Shown here in pieces: positions 24,713 through 33,106 of a DNA stretch of 64,000 bases. Made by a program: the position numbers and the translations under genes. Each line of letters starts with the position of its first letter. The first letter of the stretch is position 1. The stretch lies in sequence record NC_048045.1; one strand, written 5' to 3'. The notes beneath the pieces were generated by a model. That model was not told the DNA's origin and made no database searches. It saw only the letters and a list, made by a program, of their open reading frames with translations.

Positions 24713-25041
24713 TTCTTGCCTCTCGGACGGTTGGCCTCAAACCACGCATGCCACTCGGCCTTGGTCATCCAAGGCTGGGTGCGGCGGGCGTTGTAGAGGG
24801 CGAGGCCCTCCTCGGTCACGGTGTAGAATTTCGAGCCGCGCTCCATGTGCGGCATGCGCTGCTCGGACTTGGCGAGCCCGCGCTTTTCGAGCTTGGCCAG
24901 GGTCGCCGAATGGTGCGAGCCATTCGAGCCGCCGACATCCATGGTGCGGTGCCGGCGGATCGGTTCATCTCGGAAGGATGGGATCAGGCACCCCAGGACC
25001 TCCCAGTCGCGGTCGGTCAGCGGGGACAGGCGTCGGGTCAT
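24709..25041 (-). CDS. Winged-helix (MarR-like) DNA-binding protein
   Basis: LTDRDWEVLGCL..SATLAKLEKRGLAK..YTVTEEG; start MTRRLS with GGAG RBS. Confidence 0.65.
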   Translation of the reverse strand: MTRRLSPLTDRDWEVLGCLIPSFRDEPIRRHRTMDVGGSNGSHHSATLAKLEKRGLAKSEQRMPHMERGSKFYTVTEEGLALYNARRTQPWMTKAEWHAWFEANRPRGKK

Positions 25042-25047
25042 CGCGGT

Positions 25048-25113
25048 CTCCAGGTTGTCGTCAATCCGACATCTAGGAGGCTTTTCCGAACCTGTCAACA
25101 CAATCACGCCAGC
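25048..25113 (-). promoter_or_regulatory. Phage promoter family member
   Basis: TGGCG-N6-TGTTGACA-N17-TAGATG-N7-GACGACAAC-GGAG. Confidence 0.85.
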
Positions 25114-25319
25114 GAGGAGGTAAACACCACGGCGCCGACGATCAGGCAGTAGAGGCCGCCGACGATCGAGGCGCCGCGCAGCCAGCCACGCGCCTGGGTA
25201 TAGAAGGTCCGATCATTTCCGGACGCGCGGGCGATCACCTGGGGCAGGATGTCGTCTGCCAGATAGAGGCCCAGGGCGCTGACCAGCATCACCGTGATCA
25301 TGATACCCGAGAGGTTCAT
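25104..25319 (-). CDS. Small membrane protein
   Basis: Start MNLSGI; two hydrophobic segments. Confidence 0.65.
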   Translation of the reverse strand: MNLSGIMITVMLVSALGLYLADDILPQVIARASGNDRTFYTQARGWLRGASIVGGLYCLIVGAVVFTSSLA

Positions 25320-25660
25320 CGGTCTTCTCCTTGTTCGGCCTCGGCGAGGCGTTGGATGTAGTCGCGCATGCCTGCGCTCGACGCATAGCGCCACGTCCAG
25401 GGGACTTGTTCGGGCCGGGCGCCGTTGAAGCGGCAGAGCCAGAGGAAGGCCTCCTCGGTGTGCGGGTAGTTCTCGGCGTCGGCCGAGAAGCCCGTCATGC
25501 GAAAGCATGCCGCGACCTGGGCCGGCGTGAGGTTCGGATCGCGCACGGCCTTGAGCTTGACCTTCACCTCCTCGGGAGGTGGCGGTGGTGGAGGCTCGAC
25601 CTCGTAGCCGGCCGCGCGTAGGAGCTTGATCGCCGCAACGATCTCAGGAGACGGCTTCAT
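25316..25660 (-). CDS. Hypothetical protein with poly-Pro linker
   Basis: Start MKPSPE; EPPPPPPPEE. Confidence 0.7.
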   Translation of the reverse strand: MKPSPEIVAAIKLLRAAGYEVEPPPPPPPEEVKVKLKAVRDPNLTPAQVAACFRMTGFSADAENYPHTEEAFLWLCRFNGARPEQVPWTWRYASSAGMRDYIQRLAEAEQGEDR

Positions 25661-25896
25661 GGGCGCGCCTTCCATTCCCCGCACCACGCGTTCACGTGGG
25701 TCTGGGGGAACTTTGCCCAGCCGATCTGATCAGGCGCGCGGTCGCCTTGGAAGCTTCCGCCCGAGCGCGCAGCATGATAGCGCGACGGATCGGTCGGGAT
25801 CGAGGGTGGAAAACGCCGGCATTGCCCGTGCATCCGAACTTCCTGGGTGTCCCGGAAGAACTTGCAGTTGGCGCAGCTTTCCTCGGCCTCGCTCAT
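25657..25896 (-). CDS. Small Cys-rich protein
   Basis: CANC..GQCRRFPP..FP..WCGEW pattern; start MSEAEE. Confidence 0.7.
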   Translation of the reverse strand: MSEAEESCANCKFFRDTQEVRMHGQCRRFPPSIPTDPSRYHAARSGGSFQGDRAPDQIGWAKFPQTHVNAWCGEWKARP

Positions 25897-26420
25897 AGGA
25901 CGTAAGTCCCACCGTCGGCGCTCTCGCAGCGCTGGTCGTGGAACGCATCCATGCCAATGCGGTAGACCTCGCAGATCGTGGGGCGTGAGTGCGGCTCGTC
26001 CCAGGGACGCATCAGGCCGTTCAGGGCTAGTTCGAAGCCCTGGACCTGACCGTAGTGGGTGAAGACCGCGCCGAAGGGTACGTTCAGCGGGCGCACCAGG
26101 ATCGCCTTGACCCGCTCGTAGGTTTGGATGTCCTCGGGCATGTAGCCGTCCTGGCAAAGCACCGCCAGTTCGCAAGCGACGCGCGTGCGCCGGCCGTAGA
26201 CGTTGTCGATCTCCTCACCGGTCAGGAACCGATCGTCGAAGATCGGCGTCGTTCGGTCTGTCTTCTCCAGGAAGGCCAGTTGCTTTTCCGCCCACTGCCC
26301 CGCGCTCATGTAGGGCTGGTATAGGCAGGTCGCGACGATGCCGTCCTTGACGCTCTTGTCGTAGAGCGTGTAGCGGCGGCCGGCGTGGTCGCGCTCGATC
26401 CAGATGGCCGGGCGCTTCAT
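25893..26420 (-). CDS. Hypothetical protein
   Basis: ORF in string. Confidence 0.7.
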   Translation of the reverse strand: MKRPAIWIERDHAGRRYTLYDKSVKDGIVATCLYQPYMSAGQWAEKQLAFLEKTDRTTPIFDDRFLTGEEIDNVYGRRTRVACELAVLCQDGYMPEDIQTYERVKAILVRPLNVPFGAVFTHYGQVQGFELALNGLMRPWDEPHSRPTICEVYRIGMDAFHDQRCESADGGTYVL

Positions 26421-26725
26421 TGACGGATCACCTCGATGGTTTGGATCGAGAATTCGACGTGGCCGTGATCGCAGTCACCCGCACCCAGCAAGATGGCCTC
26501 CAGCGCCTCACGGGTCCCTCGCTCCCAGGCGTCGCGCGCGGCGCGGGCTTCCGAGGGGGTGGCGGTGGGGTTTCGATCGGGCATCTTGAAGCGGCGGGAG
26601 ATCACGCTGTTCAGCTTGGCGGAGGTCTCCTCGGCGTGGGCCGAGTCGGCGAACGCGGCGAGGTTGGTGATGCTCCCGGCATCGTAGTCGCGGTCATCCA
26701 TGACCAGGATGTAGACGGTGTCCAC
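26417..26725 (-). CDS. Hypothetical protein
   Basis: GTG start with GGAGG RBS after a promoter. Confidence 0.7.
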   Translation of the reverse strand: MDTVYILVMDDRDYDAGSITNLAAFADSAHAEETSAKLNSVISRRFKMPDRNPTATPSEARAARDAWERGTREALEAILLGAGDCDHGHVEFSIQTIEVIRQ

Positions 26726-26731
26726 GGTGGG

Positions 26732-26783
26732 CCTCCTTCGTTGTCGTCGGAGCCTACCTAGACTGGCGCGAGTGTGTTGTCAA
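26732..26783 (-). promoter_or_regulatory. Phage promoter family member with inverted TGGCG site in the spacer
   Basis: TTGACA-ACACACTCGCGCCAGTC-TAGGTA-N6-GACGACAAC-GGAGG. Confidence 0.85.
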
Positions 26784-26923
26784 GCGGGCGTGCAGCGCAT
26801 GAGGAGCACGGCCACGAGGAGCAACACGGCGCTCACGCCAAACAGGCGAAAGCTCGGCACGGCGATCGAGAACAACAGCCCTAGGAGGCCCAGAAGCAGT
26901 AGGATGAGAATCAGGACGGCCAT
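26780..26923 (-). CDS. Small membrane protein (47 aa)
   Basis: MAVLILILLLLGLLGLLFSIAVPSFRLFGVSAVLLLVAVLLMRCTPA; fills a gap in the gene string. Confidence 0.55.
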   Translation of the reverse strand: MAVLILILLLLGLLGLLFSIAVPSFRLFGVSAVLLLVAVLLMRCTPA

Positions 26924-26925
26924 GA

Positions 26926-27168
26926 TCAAGCCGCCGCGACCGCTGCCATGATGACCAGGATCACCAGCCCCACCGTCACTACCGCGACCGCCGGGCAGAG
27001 GAGCAGCGACAGAAGGAAGGTCAGGGTCGGATGGTCGAGGAAGAAGTAGTCGAGATAGGCCGGCGGATGCGGCTGGTCATAGAGATAGCCGGCGACGAAG
27101 CCCAGGATCACGACGCCGCAGGCGTAGGCTGCGATGTACCAGAGCGTGTATTTGACCGCGTTGGGCAT
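26926..27168 (-). CDS. Small membrane protein
   Basis: Start MPNAVK; two hydrophobic segments. Confidence 0.65.
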   Translation of the reverse strand: MPNAVKYTLWYIAAYACGVVILGFVAGYLYDQPHPPAYLDYFFLDHPTLTFLLSLLLCPAVAVVTVGLVILVIMAAVAAA

Positions 27169-27365
27169 CAGAGCCTCCGCTTGCACGAGAACTCGCCGGT
27201 CAGGGCGCCCCAGGTTGCGCGCACGCCCACGCCAATGTAGTAGCAGGCGAGGATGCCGACCTGCCCCGGCGGAGCGATGTTTGCTGACGTCATGATCACG
27301 AGAGCAAGGATAGGGGCCAGCAGGAGCAGGAGCGCCAACAGGCTGATCGAGAGCAGGAATTTCAT
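27168..27365 (-). CDS. Small membrane protein
   Basis: Hydrophobic N-terminus. Confidence 0.6.
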   Translation of the reverse strand: MKFLLSISLLALLLLLAPILALVIMTSANIAPPGQVGILACYYIGVGVRATWGALTGEFSCKRRL

Positions 27366-27688
27366 CAGTTCCCCCTTTGGCTTTCCAGATAGCTGATGCG
27401 TCCGCGCAGCGACGAGATCGTGTCCTTCAGGCCCTCGATCTCCTTGGCGTGGCGCTTGTCGGTTTCTTCGCTCTCTCGGCGGTGGCGATCGCGCGTCTGA
27501 CGCAACTCGGTGTCCAGCGGGTTGGGGATCACGTCGTGACCCATCGCCTGACCGTAGTTCTCGGCCGAGGTCTCGATCCCCTGGGCGATGCCGTTGCGTT
27601 GCTCTTCGGTCAGACTGCTCCAGACAGCCCAGAGGTCCAGGCCGTCGAACGCGTAATCCAGGCTGTCGCGCCAGTAGCTATTCGACAT
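27365..27688 (-). CDS. Hypothetical protein with C-terminal coiled coil
   Basis: Start MSNSYW. Confidence 0.7.
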   Translation of the reverse strand: MSNSYWRDSLDYAFDGLDLWAVWSSLTEEQRNGIAQGIETSAENYGQAMGHDVIPNPLDTELRQTRDRHRRESEETDKRHAKEIEGLKDTISSLRGRISYLESQRGN

Positions 27689-28058
27689 CGACGTCGATAT
27701 CCCGCTTGATCGCCCTGGCGAAACCCACGGGCTTGTCGGCGGACCCATCGTGATGAAGGTCGCCCGATTGGATCAGCATGTTGACCGTGGCCTCGCCGAT
27801 CCGCACGGTGCGGTGACCGATCGGGTACCAGTCGCCGTCGTGGTCCTTGAGGAGACCATGGTCGCGCACCGCCCAGGACAGCGCCTGGGCCGCGCGCTGG
27901 GCGGCGGCCGTGGCGCCCTCGGCCATCTGCCGCAGGTCCTCGGGCGAGAAGCAGTTCAACAGCTTCTCGCGCATCCCTTCACGATCTTCGGCCGGCGGCT
28001 TGATGAAGAATTCCAGCAGCAGGTCGACGTGGTGCTCAGGCGAGTTGGTCTCGGTCAT
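27678..28058 (-). CDS. Hypothetical protein
   Basis: ORF in string. Confidence 0.7.
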   Translation of the reverse strand: MTETNSPEHHVDLLLEFFIKPPAEDREGMREKLLNCFSPEDLRQMAEGATAAAQRAAQALSWAVRDHGLLKDHDGDWYPIGHRTVRIGEATVNMLIQSGDLHHDGSADKPVGFARAIKRDIDVDVE

Positions 28059-28327
28059 CTCTGCTTTTCCAGCGCGGCCCAGGTGACGTCGATCGTCACG
28101 CCCAGCGTGGTGTGCTCATCGGGGAAGCCCTCGGGCAGGTCGATCCCAAACTCCTCCTCCAGCGACATCGCCAGATCGACGAGGTCAAGGCTGTCGAAGC
28201 GCAGGTCTTCCATGAGACGAAGCCCCTTGTGGTAGTCATCCAACGCAATATGCGACTCGCTCATCATGTGCGCGAACTCGTAGACCGCGATCTGGACTTC
28301 AGACCATGTGGTGCTCGTATCGACCAA
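28055..28327 (-). CDS. acpP: Acyl carrier protein
   Basis: LMEDLRFDSLDLVDLAMSLEEEFGIDLPE with the phosphopantetheine DSL serine; acidic, 90 aa. Confidence 0.88.
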   Translation of the reverse strand: MVDTSTTWSEVQIAVYEFAHMMSESHIALDDYHKGLRLMEDLRFDSLDLVDLAMSLEEEFGIDLPEGFPDEHTTLGVTIDVTWAALEKQR

Positions 28328-28331
28328 GGAC

Positions 28332-28399
28332 TTCCCCTTCTGCTGCTGCCGGGCGGTTCTAGCTAAGCTTCACTATGGTGTCAACGTACTAACGCCAGA
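28332..28399 (-). promoter_or_regulatory. Phage promoter (no GACGACAAC) upstream of ACP
   Basis: TGGCG-N6-CGTTGACA-N17-TAGAAC. Confidence 0.7.
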
Positions 28400-29054
28400 C
28401 CCAACTCAAGCTGAGCACGATGTCGTGGTCCTCGTAGGCGGCGCTGCGGCCGGTGATCAGCTTGATTCCGCGCAGAGGACCCAGGCGCCACAGTTGCACC
28501 TCGCGCCGCTCATGGCGACCAGGGACGTGCTCCAGCAGTTCGCGGCGCTTGATCGCCACGTGCTTTTGCTCCCGGTGGACGACCAGGGCGATCTTGTGGG
28601 TCGGGCTTGCGCCGAACCACCGCCGCCAGTAGCCCGGCGTATCGATGTCGTCGAACAGGCGCTCGACGCGCTTGCTGACCGGACGCAGCCCCGACATGCT
28701 TCGCCGCACGCTCAGCGGCGGGAAGGTGCAGGACGGCCAGACATCGAGCAGGCCCTGACGCAGCCGGCGAAATTCCTCCGCCGGCATGGCGTTGTCCTTG
28801 GTGTTGTTGCACGCCACGCAGGCCGCCGCGACATTGCTGTCGTGGTTGGAGCCGCCCTCGGCCTTGGCTTCCAGGTGTTCGATCGTGACCTCGTCCGGTT
28901 CCAGATTGCCGGCCTTCTTGCCGACGCGCTGGCGGTATTTCATCTGCCCCGTGCAGTAGGTGCAGAGCCCACCCGATTCCAGGAAGAGCCGGCGCCGGCG
29001 GTTTGGAGCCGCCGGCGGGAGAGGATCGTAGACGATGACGTCAGAGGACGACAT
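28389..29054 (-). CDS. HNH endonuclease (McrA-like, Zn-binding) with C-terminal extension
   Basis: CTYC..TIEHLEAKAEGGSNHDSNVAAACVACNNTK; start MSSSDV. Confidence 0.8.
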   Translation of the reverse strand: MSSSDVIVYDPLPPAAPNRRRRLFLESGGLCTYCTGQMKYRQRVGKKAGNLEPDEVTIEHLEAKAEGGSNHDSNVAAACVACNNTKDNAMPAEEFRRLRQGLLDVWPSCTFPPLSVRRSMSGLRPVSKRVERLFDDIDTPGYWRRWFGASPTHKIALVVHREQKHVAIKRRELLEHVPGRHERREVQLWRLGPLRGIKLITGRSAAYEDHDIVLSLSWVWR

Positions 29055-29481
29055 AGCTGTCCTCGCCGGTCTCGAACGCGAGATCAGCGAAACGCAGGTT
29101 TTCCAGGGCGGTGTTGAACGCCTCCTCCGAGCCGCCGACCTTGGCCCAGATCGACCGGCGGGGGACCACCGTGGCGAAGAGGTTGGGCGAACGCCCCTGG
29201 CGGACTTCATCGGCGGCGAGATCGACGAGCACGCGATAGGCCGCGCCCGACACCGTCTGGCGGCTGCGGACGTCGACGAGGCTCAGACCCCGCAGGGTGT
29301 CCAGATAGGCGCTCAGGTCCTTGATCTCGACGCCGGCCGTCATGGCGAAGGTCGTCGGATTGGTGTCGAGCACCTTCAGCGACTCGGCGCGCCGCAGGAC
29401 GACCTCCTCGCGGGCCTCGATCTCCAGTTGCTCGTCCGACTTCTTCTCGGCTTGCTTGATCTTGCGCAGGGGCTTCAGCAT
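29041..29481 (-). CDS. Hypothetical protein, possible winged helix
   Basis: Start MLKPLR with GGAG RBS. Confidence 0.7.
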   Translation of the reverse strand: MLKPLRKIKQAEKKSDEQLEIEAREEVVLRRAESLKVLDTNPTTFAMTAGVEIKDLSAYLDTLRGLSLVDVRSRQTVSGAAYRVLVDLAADEVRQGRSPNLFATVVPRRSIWAKVGGSEEAFNTALENLRFADLAFETGEDSYVVL

Positions 29482-29489
29482 GGGGTCTC

Positions 29490-29882
29490 CTAGTAGAGGA
29501 CGCTCCAAGACTTCTGGGTCTTGGCGTAAGCGGATGGGACGATGTAGCCGCGATCGTTCAGATCGGCGAGCAGGGTTTCGGTGGTCGGCAGGAACGCCTC
29601 TTCGCTCGCGGGCTCCTGGCCCGGCTCGCAGTGGTTCCGAGCCCACCAGTAGAGGCGGTGGTTCAGGCGCAGCGTCGTGCGCTCGAACGCCCGGCGCGGA
29701 TTGATCTCGTTGGCCAGGATGTGCATGAGCCAGCCCGCCAGCGTGTAGCGCGAGGAGTTGCCGACCGGGTCCCGGTAGAACCCGGCCTGCTTCAGGCGCT
29801 CGAACTCGGCCTGGAACTCTGGCAGGAAGCGCACGAGGCGTCCGAACGGCTCATGGAAGACGACGATCTGCCGATCATTCAT
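29490..29882 (-). CDS. Hypothetical protein
   Basis: ORF in string. Confidence 0.7.
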   Translation of the reverse strand: MNDRQIVVFHEPFGRLVRFLPEFQAEFERLKQAGFYRDPVGNSSRYTLAGWLMHILANEINPRRAFERTTLRLNHRLYWWARNHCEPGQEPASEEAFLPTTETLLADLNDRGYIVPSAYAKTQKSWSVLY

Positions 29883-30240
29883 CGGCTTGATAGCCCAGAT
29901 GCGGCCTCAAGTTGACGAGATCGTCTTCTTCCAGACGGATCGCGGTCAGCTTCGAGCACCGGGCGCTGTCGGCCATCTTGGTGTAGCGCTTGGCGAGTTT
30001 CCAGTAGGTTTGGGCGTGATCCCACCAGCGGTAGCTCGCGCTCTGGATTTCCTCGGCCTCCTCGCGGGTCACCGGCCGGCGCTGGAAGAGCCACCACGGC
30101 GAGACCGTCACCCGCTCCTGGCGCATGATCTTGGCGATCGTCTCCTCGCGGATGGCGTCGCCCTGGGCCTCGAAGTCCTCGGCGCCTTTGGTGGCGGCCT
30201 CGATCAGGACGAGACGGTCGATTTCGGCGCTCATGGTCAC
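29875..30240 (-). CDS. Hypothetical protein
   Basis: ORF in string. Confidence 0.7.
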   Translation of the reverse strand: MTMSAEIDRLVLIEAATKGAEDFEAQGDAIREETIAKIMRQERVTVSPWWLFQRRPVTREEAEEIQSASYRWWDHAQTYWKLAKRYTKMADSARCSKLTAIRLEEDDLVNLRPHLGYQADE

Positions 30241-30506
30241 TTCAGCTTCTCCCCGACATAGACCTCCAGGAAACGCGCCTGCGTGTCCGGGTCCTGGAAC
30301 ATCCAGATGGCGTACTTGGTGCGCGGGAACGGCTGACGGAAGAACTCGGCACCGCCCAGCGTCTGCTTGGCGATGGGCGGGGTCGGCGCGGTCAACGGCG
30401 TCTTGACCACGAACGGGTAGGCCGTCAGGTGCTTGATCACCGCCAGCGAGCAGTCGCGCTCACGCGAGGTCTTCTCCGGCAGGTCGCGGGTCCAGGTCGT
30501 CGTCAA
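30237..30506 (-). CDS. Hypothetical protein
   Basis: TTG start overlapping upstream TGA. Confidence 0.65.
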   Translation of the reverse strand: MTTTWTRDLPEKTSRERDCSLAVIKHLTAYPFVVKTPLTAPTPPIAKQTLGGAEFFRQPFPRTKYAIWMFQDPDTQARFLEVYVGEKLK

Positions 30507-30658
30507 AAGGGCTTCTCCGAAGCGCGGGCGATGATCGCCACCAAGAGGATGGAAAAGAGAGCGGCCGTGATCATCGGCGGCTGGCGGTGGTAGCCGTCGA
30601 CGAAGCCTTGGATCACACCGACCAGCATGGCGGCGCCGTAAGCGGACCAGAACTTCAA
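30503..30658 (-). CDS. Small membrane protein (51 aa)
   Basis: TTG start; KFWSAYGAAMLVGVIQGFVDG..ITAALFSILLVAIIA; 4-nt overlaps on both sides. Confidence 0.55.
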   Translation of the reverse strand: MKFWSAYGAAMLVGVIQGFVDGYHRQPPMITAALFSILLVAIIARASEKPF

Positions 30659-31227
30659 GCCTTGATCTCCTCGAAGCGGCCGTCCATGAACTCGGCCTCG
30701 CGCCGGCCCCAGACCTGTCCGCTGCCGTCGATATAGGTCAGCAGGATTTCGTCATCCTGGATCGGGGTCTCGCATTGGATGCGGACGATCCCCACCAGGG
30801 CATAGTCGGTCCCGCGCTTCTTGTGCCGGAACCGCCGCATGCCGCGCGGAAGTTCGGCCAGGAACGCTTTCATGGCGTCGGCTATCTTGGTGAAGCCGTG
30901 CGGGAAGTGCGAGCCGGGGTTGCGCATCCAGGCATAGACCGTGGCCAGGGCGAACCGCCCGGCCGCGATCTCGCCGGTGGGGTCCTTGCGCAGGACGTCC
31001 GGGGCGTGCTCTTCCAGATAGTTGGTGCCGACGAGCGCCAGCATCCGGGCCTCGTCGACGCTCGTCGGCAGGTTGATGTGTCCCACCGGGGTCGACGTTT
31101 CCAGGCGCTTGATCATGTCGTCGATCAGCTTGGCGCTGTCCTGGTGAAAGCGCTTGAGGTCGCCGCCATAAATGGAGGCGCTGCTGAGATGCCAGTCCCG
31201 GAGAAGGATGAGAGGGTCTTGAGTCAT
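30655..31227 (-). CDS. Hypothetical protein with C-terminal DUF1653-like domain
   Basis: RFRHKKRGTDYALVG..LLTY..VWGRREAEFMDGRFEEI; start MTQDPL. Confidence 0.7.
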   Translation of the reverse strand: MTQDPLILLRDWHLSSASIYGGDLKRFHQDSAKLIDDMIKRLETSTPVGHINLPTSVDEARMLALVGTNYLEEHAPDVLRKDPTGEIAAGRFALATVYAWMRNPGSHFPHGFTKIADAMKAFLAELPRGMRRFRHKKRGTDYALVGIVRIQCETPIQDDEILLTYIDGSGQVWGRREAEFMDGRFEEIKA

Positions 31228-31229
31228 TG

Positions 31230-31296
31230 GAGCCTTTCGTGTCGTCACCCGCGACACTAGCTGGTCGCGGGTGAAGCTGTCAACACATCACGCCAG
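31230..31296 (-). promoter_or_regulatory. Phage promoter family member with 10-bp inverted repeat around the -10
   Basis: TGGCG-N5-TGTTGACA-N18-TAGTGT; CACCCGCGAC/GTCGCGGGTG; GACGACAC. Confidence 0.7.
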
Positions 31297-31812
31297 GGCG
31301 TCGAGGCCGCGATGATAGAAGAGGCGGCGGCCGTTGAAGAACAGCCGAACGCGGAACTTCTCGCCCAGCACGCCCATATCGAGAGAGAACCCCAGCAGGC
31401 CCAGGCTCACATAGGCATGCTTTCCGCGCATGCCGCCGGCCATGGGGAGGTCGTTCATCCCGCCGATCACGATCCGCGCCAGCCAGAGCCAGCCCAGGTC
31501 GAAGCGCTTGAAGCCCTGCCAGGAGATCGAGCGCCAGGAGAAGCCGCCATCCAGGATGCGCAGGTCCGCGTCGAGGTTCCAGCCGCCGGCCAGGGGGTCG
31601 CCCCGGCGATGGTAGCGCAGGCGGCAGAGCACGGTCTGGTAATCGAACTGCGGCAGGCGTCCGAGAAGGGCGAACCAGAGCCGCGCGACGACGTAGAAGA
31701 AGGGATGGATCAGGACCGCGTACAGCAACACGGCCAGGAAGACCCAGGCGTGGTAGTAATTGATCCAGAAGAGGCCCAGGAAAAGCCCGAGCTTGGGTTG
31801 GTCGTTGGTCAA
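31288..31812 (-). CDS. Hypothetical membrane-associated protein
   Basis: Hydrophobic, aromatic N-terminus. Confidence 0.7.
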   Translation of the reverse strand: MTNDQPKLGLFLGLFWINYYHAWVFLAVLLYAVLIHPFFYVVARLWFALLGRLPQFDYQTVLCRLRYHRRGDPLAGGWNLDADLRILDGGFSWRSISWQGFKRFDLGWLWLARIVIGGMNDLPMAGGMRGKHAYVSLGLLGFSLDMGVLGEKFRVRLFFNGRRLFYHRGLDALA

Positions 31813-32441
31813 GGCAGGTCCCCCTTGGCGAAGTCACCGGCGCGGCCGATGATCGGATAGAACGCGTACACGTCGCCCGGACGGTTCCAGGCGTCGCGGC
31901 TGATCACCGGCAGGTCCGGGGCGTAGCGGGAAAACCACGCGGCCTTACGCGCCGCCCAGGCTTGCGGGTCCTCGTCATGGTCCCAGCCGAACACCCCGCG
32001 CCCGTTGTCCTTGCCCTTGCGGATCGAGGACAGCATCTGGTTGGTGCCGATGTAGCGGCAGTAGGACTCCGGCGCCGAGCCTTGCTGCGTCGGACGCGGG
32101 CCATCGAAGGCCAGATCGTTCTTGGAGAGGTCCTGCTCGATCCAGCCGCGCCCGTCCTTGACGAACGGGTCGACGAGCTTGGTGATCTCGCGGTAGACGT
32201 CCCAGCCGACGAAGGCGCTGTAGCCCTTGGACAGGTCCAGGTTTTGATCCGTCCCGTCACGAATGGCGATCAGGGCGGCGCAGCCCTCGGCGATGGTCTT
32301 GCCTTCAAGGCGCTCGGCGAACTTCATGCAGGTGTCGCCCCAGGCCTTGGCGGACATCACGTCCCAGGCGGTGCGCTGCAAGACGTCGCGGCGGTAGTAG
32401 ACCTGGGCGGCTTCGCGCAGGTGATCGGAGAAGGTCTGCAT
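31809..32441 (-). CDS. Hypothetical protein
   Basis: ORF in string. Confidence 0.75.
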   Translation of the reverse strand: MQTFSDHLREAAQVYYRRDVLQRTAWDVMSAKAWGDTCMKFAERLEGKTIAEGCAALIAIRDGTDQNLDLSKGYSAFVGWDVYREITKLVDPFVKDGRGWIEQDLSKNDLAFDGPRPTQQGSAPESYCRYIGTNQMLSSIRKGKDNGRGVFGWDHDEDPQAWAARKAAWFSRYAPDLPVISRDAWNRPGDVYAFYPIIGRAGDFAKGDLP

Positions 32442-32734
32442 CAGGCGTCCTTCGTCGAGCGCTTGAAGCGGCCGTTCTCGTCGTAGTGGTCGATGCTGGC
32501 GCCGGGCGCGTGGAAGCCGGCGATCGAGCCGAACTCCATGGCGGCGCGCTGCTGCTTGGTCACGCCCATGCGCTCGTTCAGAGAGTCGACGACGTCCTGG
32601 CCCTGGACGCCATAGCCCGTCGGGTAGTAGCCGGTCTCGTCCTTCTTCAGGACGACCGTCGTACCGTCCGCCGGGCTGACCGCATAGCAGAGGTCGGGAA
32701 GGGCGGCGAGATTGATCTGGCGAAGCGTCATCAT
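32441..32734 (-). CDS. Hypothetical protein
   Basis: GGAGG RBS after a promoter; LNERMGVTKQQRAAMEFGS. Confidence 0.75.
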   Translation of the reverse strand: MMTLRQINLAALPDLCYAVSPADGTTVVLKKDETGYYPTGYGVQGQDVVDSLNERMGVTKQQRAAMEFGSIAGFHAPGASIDHYDENGRFKRSTKDA

Positions 32735-32738
32735 GGGG

Positions 32739-32806
32739 GCCTCCTTGGTTGTCGTCGACGATCCCTATAGACCTGCCTTGTCAGGCTGTCAACACTCGAC
32801 AGCCAA
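32739..32806 (-). promoter_or_regulatory. Phage promoter family member
   Basis: TGGCT-N6-TGTTGACA-N17-TATAGG-N7-GACGACAAC-GGAGG. Confidence 0.85.
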
Positions 32807-33106
32807 GTAACGATTCCGCCTGGGTTCATAGGGGAGATCGTTGGCGACCGCCATCAGCCAGCCGGCGTGACAGCGCTTTGGGGCGCAATGGCAGACGAGG
32901 TGGAAGCCCTTGAGATTGGCCTTGACCCAGGCGATGAACTCCGGATCGAGTTCGCGCACGGCGATGTAGTGGTCGATCACCTGATCGCGGGTCCCGTCCA
33001 CGCCGATGAGAAAAGGGTTGCCCGCCGGCGTCCCCCGGCCGACGTACTTGGACATCGGCGGGAGGTGGCCTGGGAAATCGCTTCGGCTCAGGACTTGGAG
33101 GATCAC
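32789..33106 (-). CDS. DUF4326 family protein
   Basis: YVGRGTPAGNPF..GTRDQVI..LKGFHLVCHCAPKRCHA. Confidence 0.85.
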   Translation of the reverse strand: MILQVLSRSDFPGHLPPMSKYVGRGTPAGNPFLIGVDGTRDQVIDHYIAVRELDPEFIAWVKANLKGFHLVCHCAPKRCHAGWLMAVANDLPYEPRRNRYLAVEC

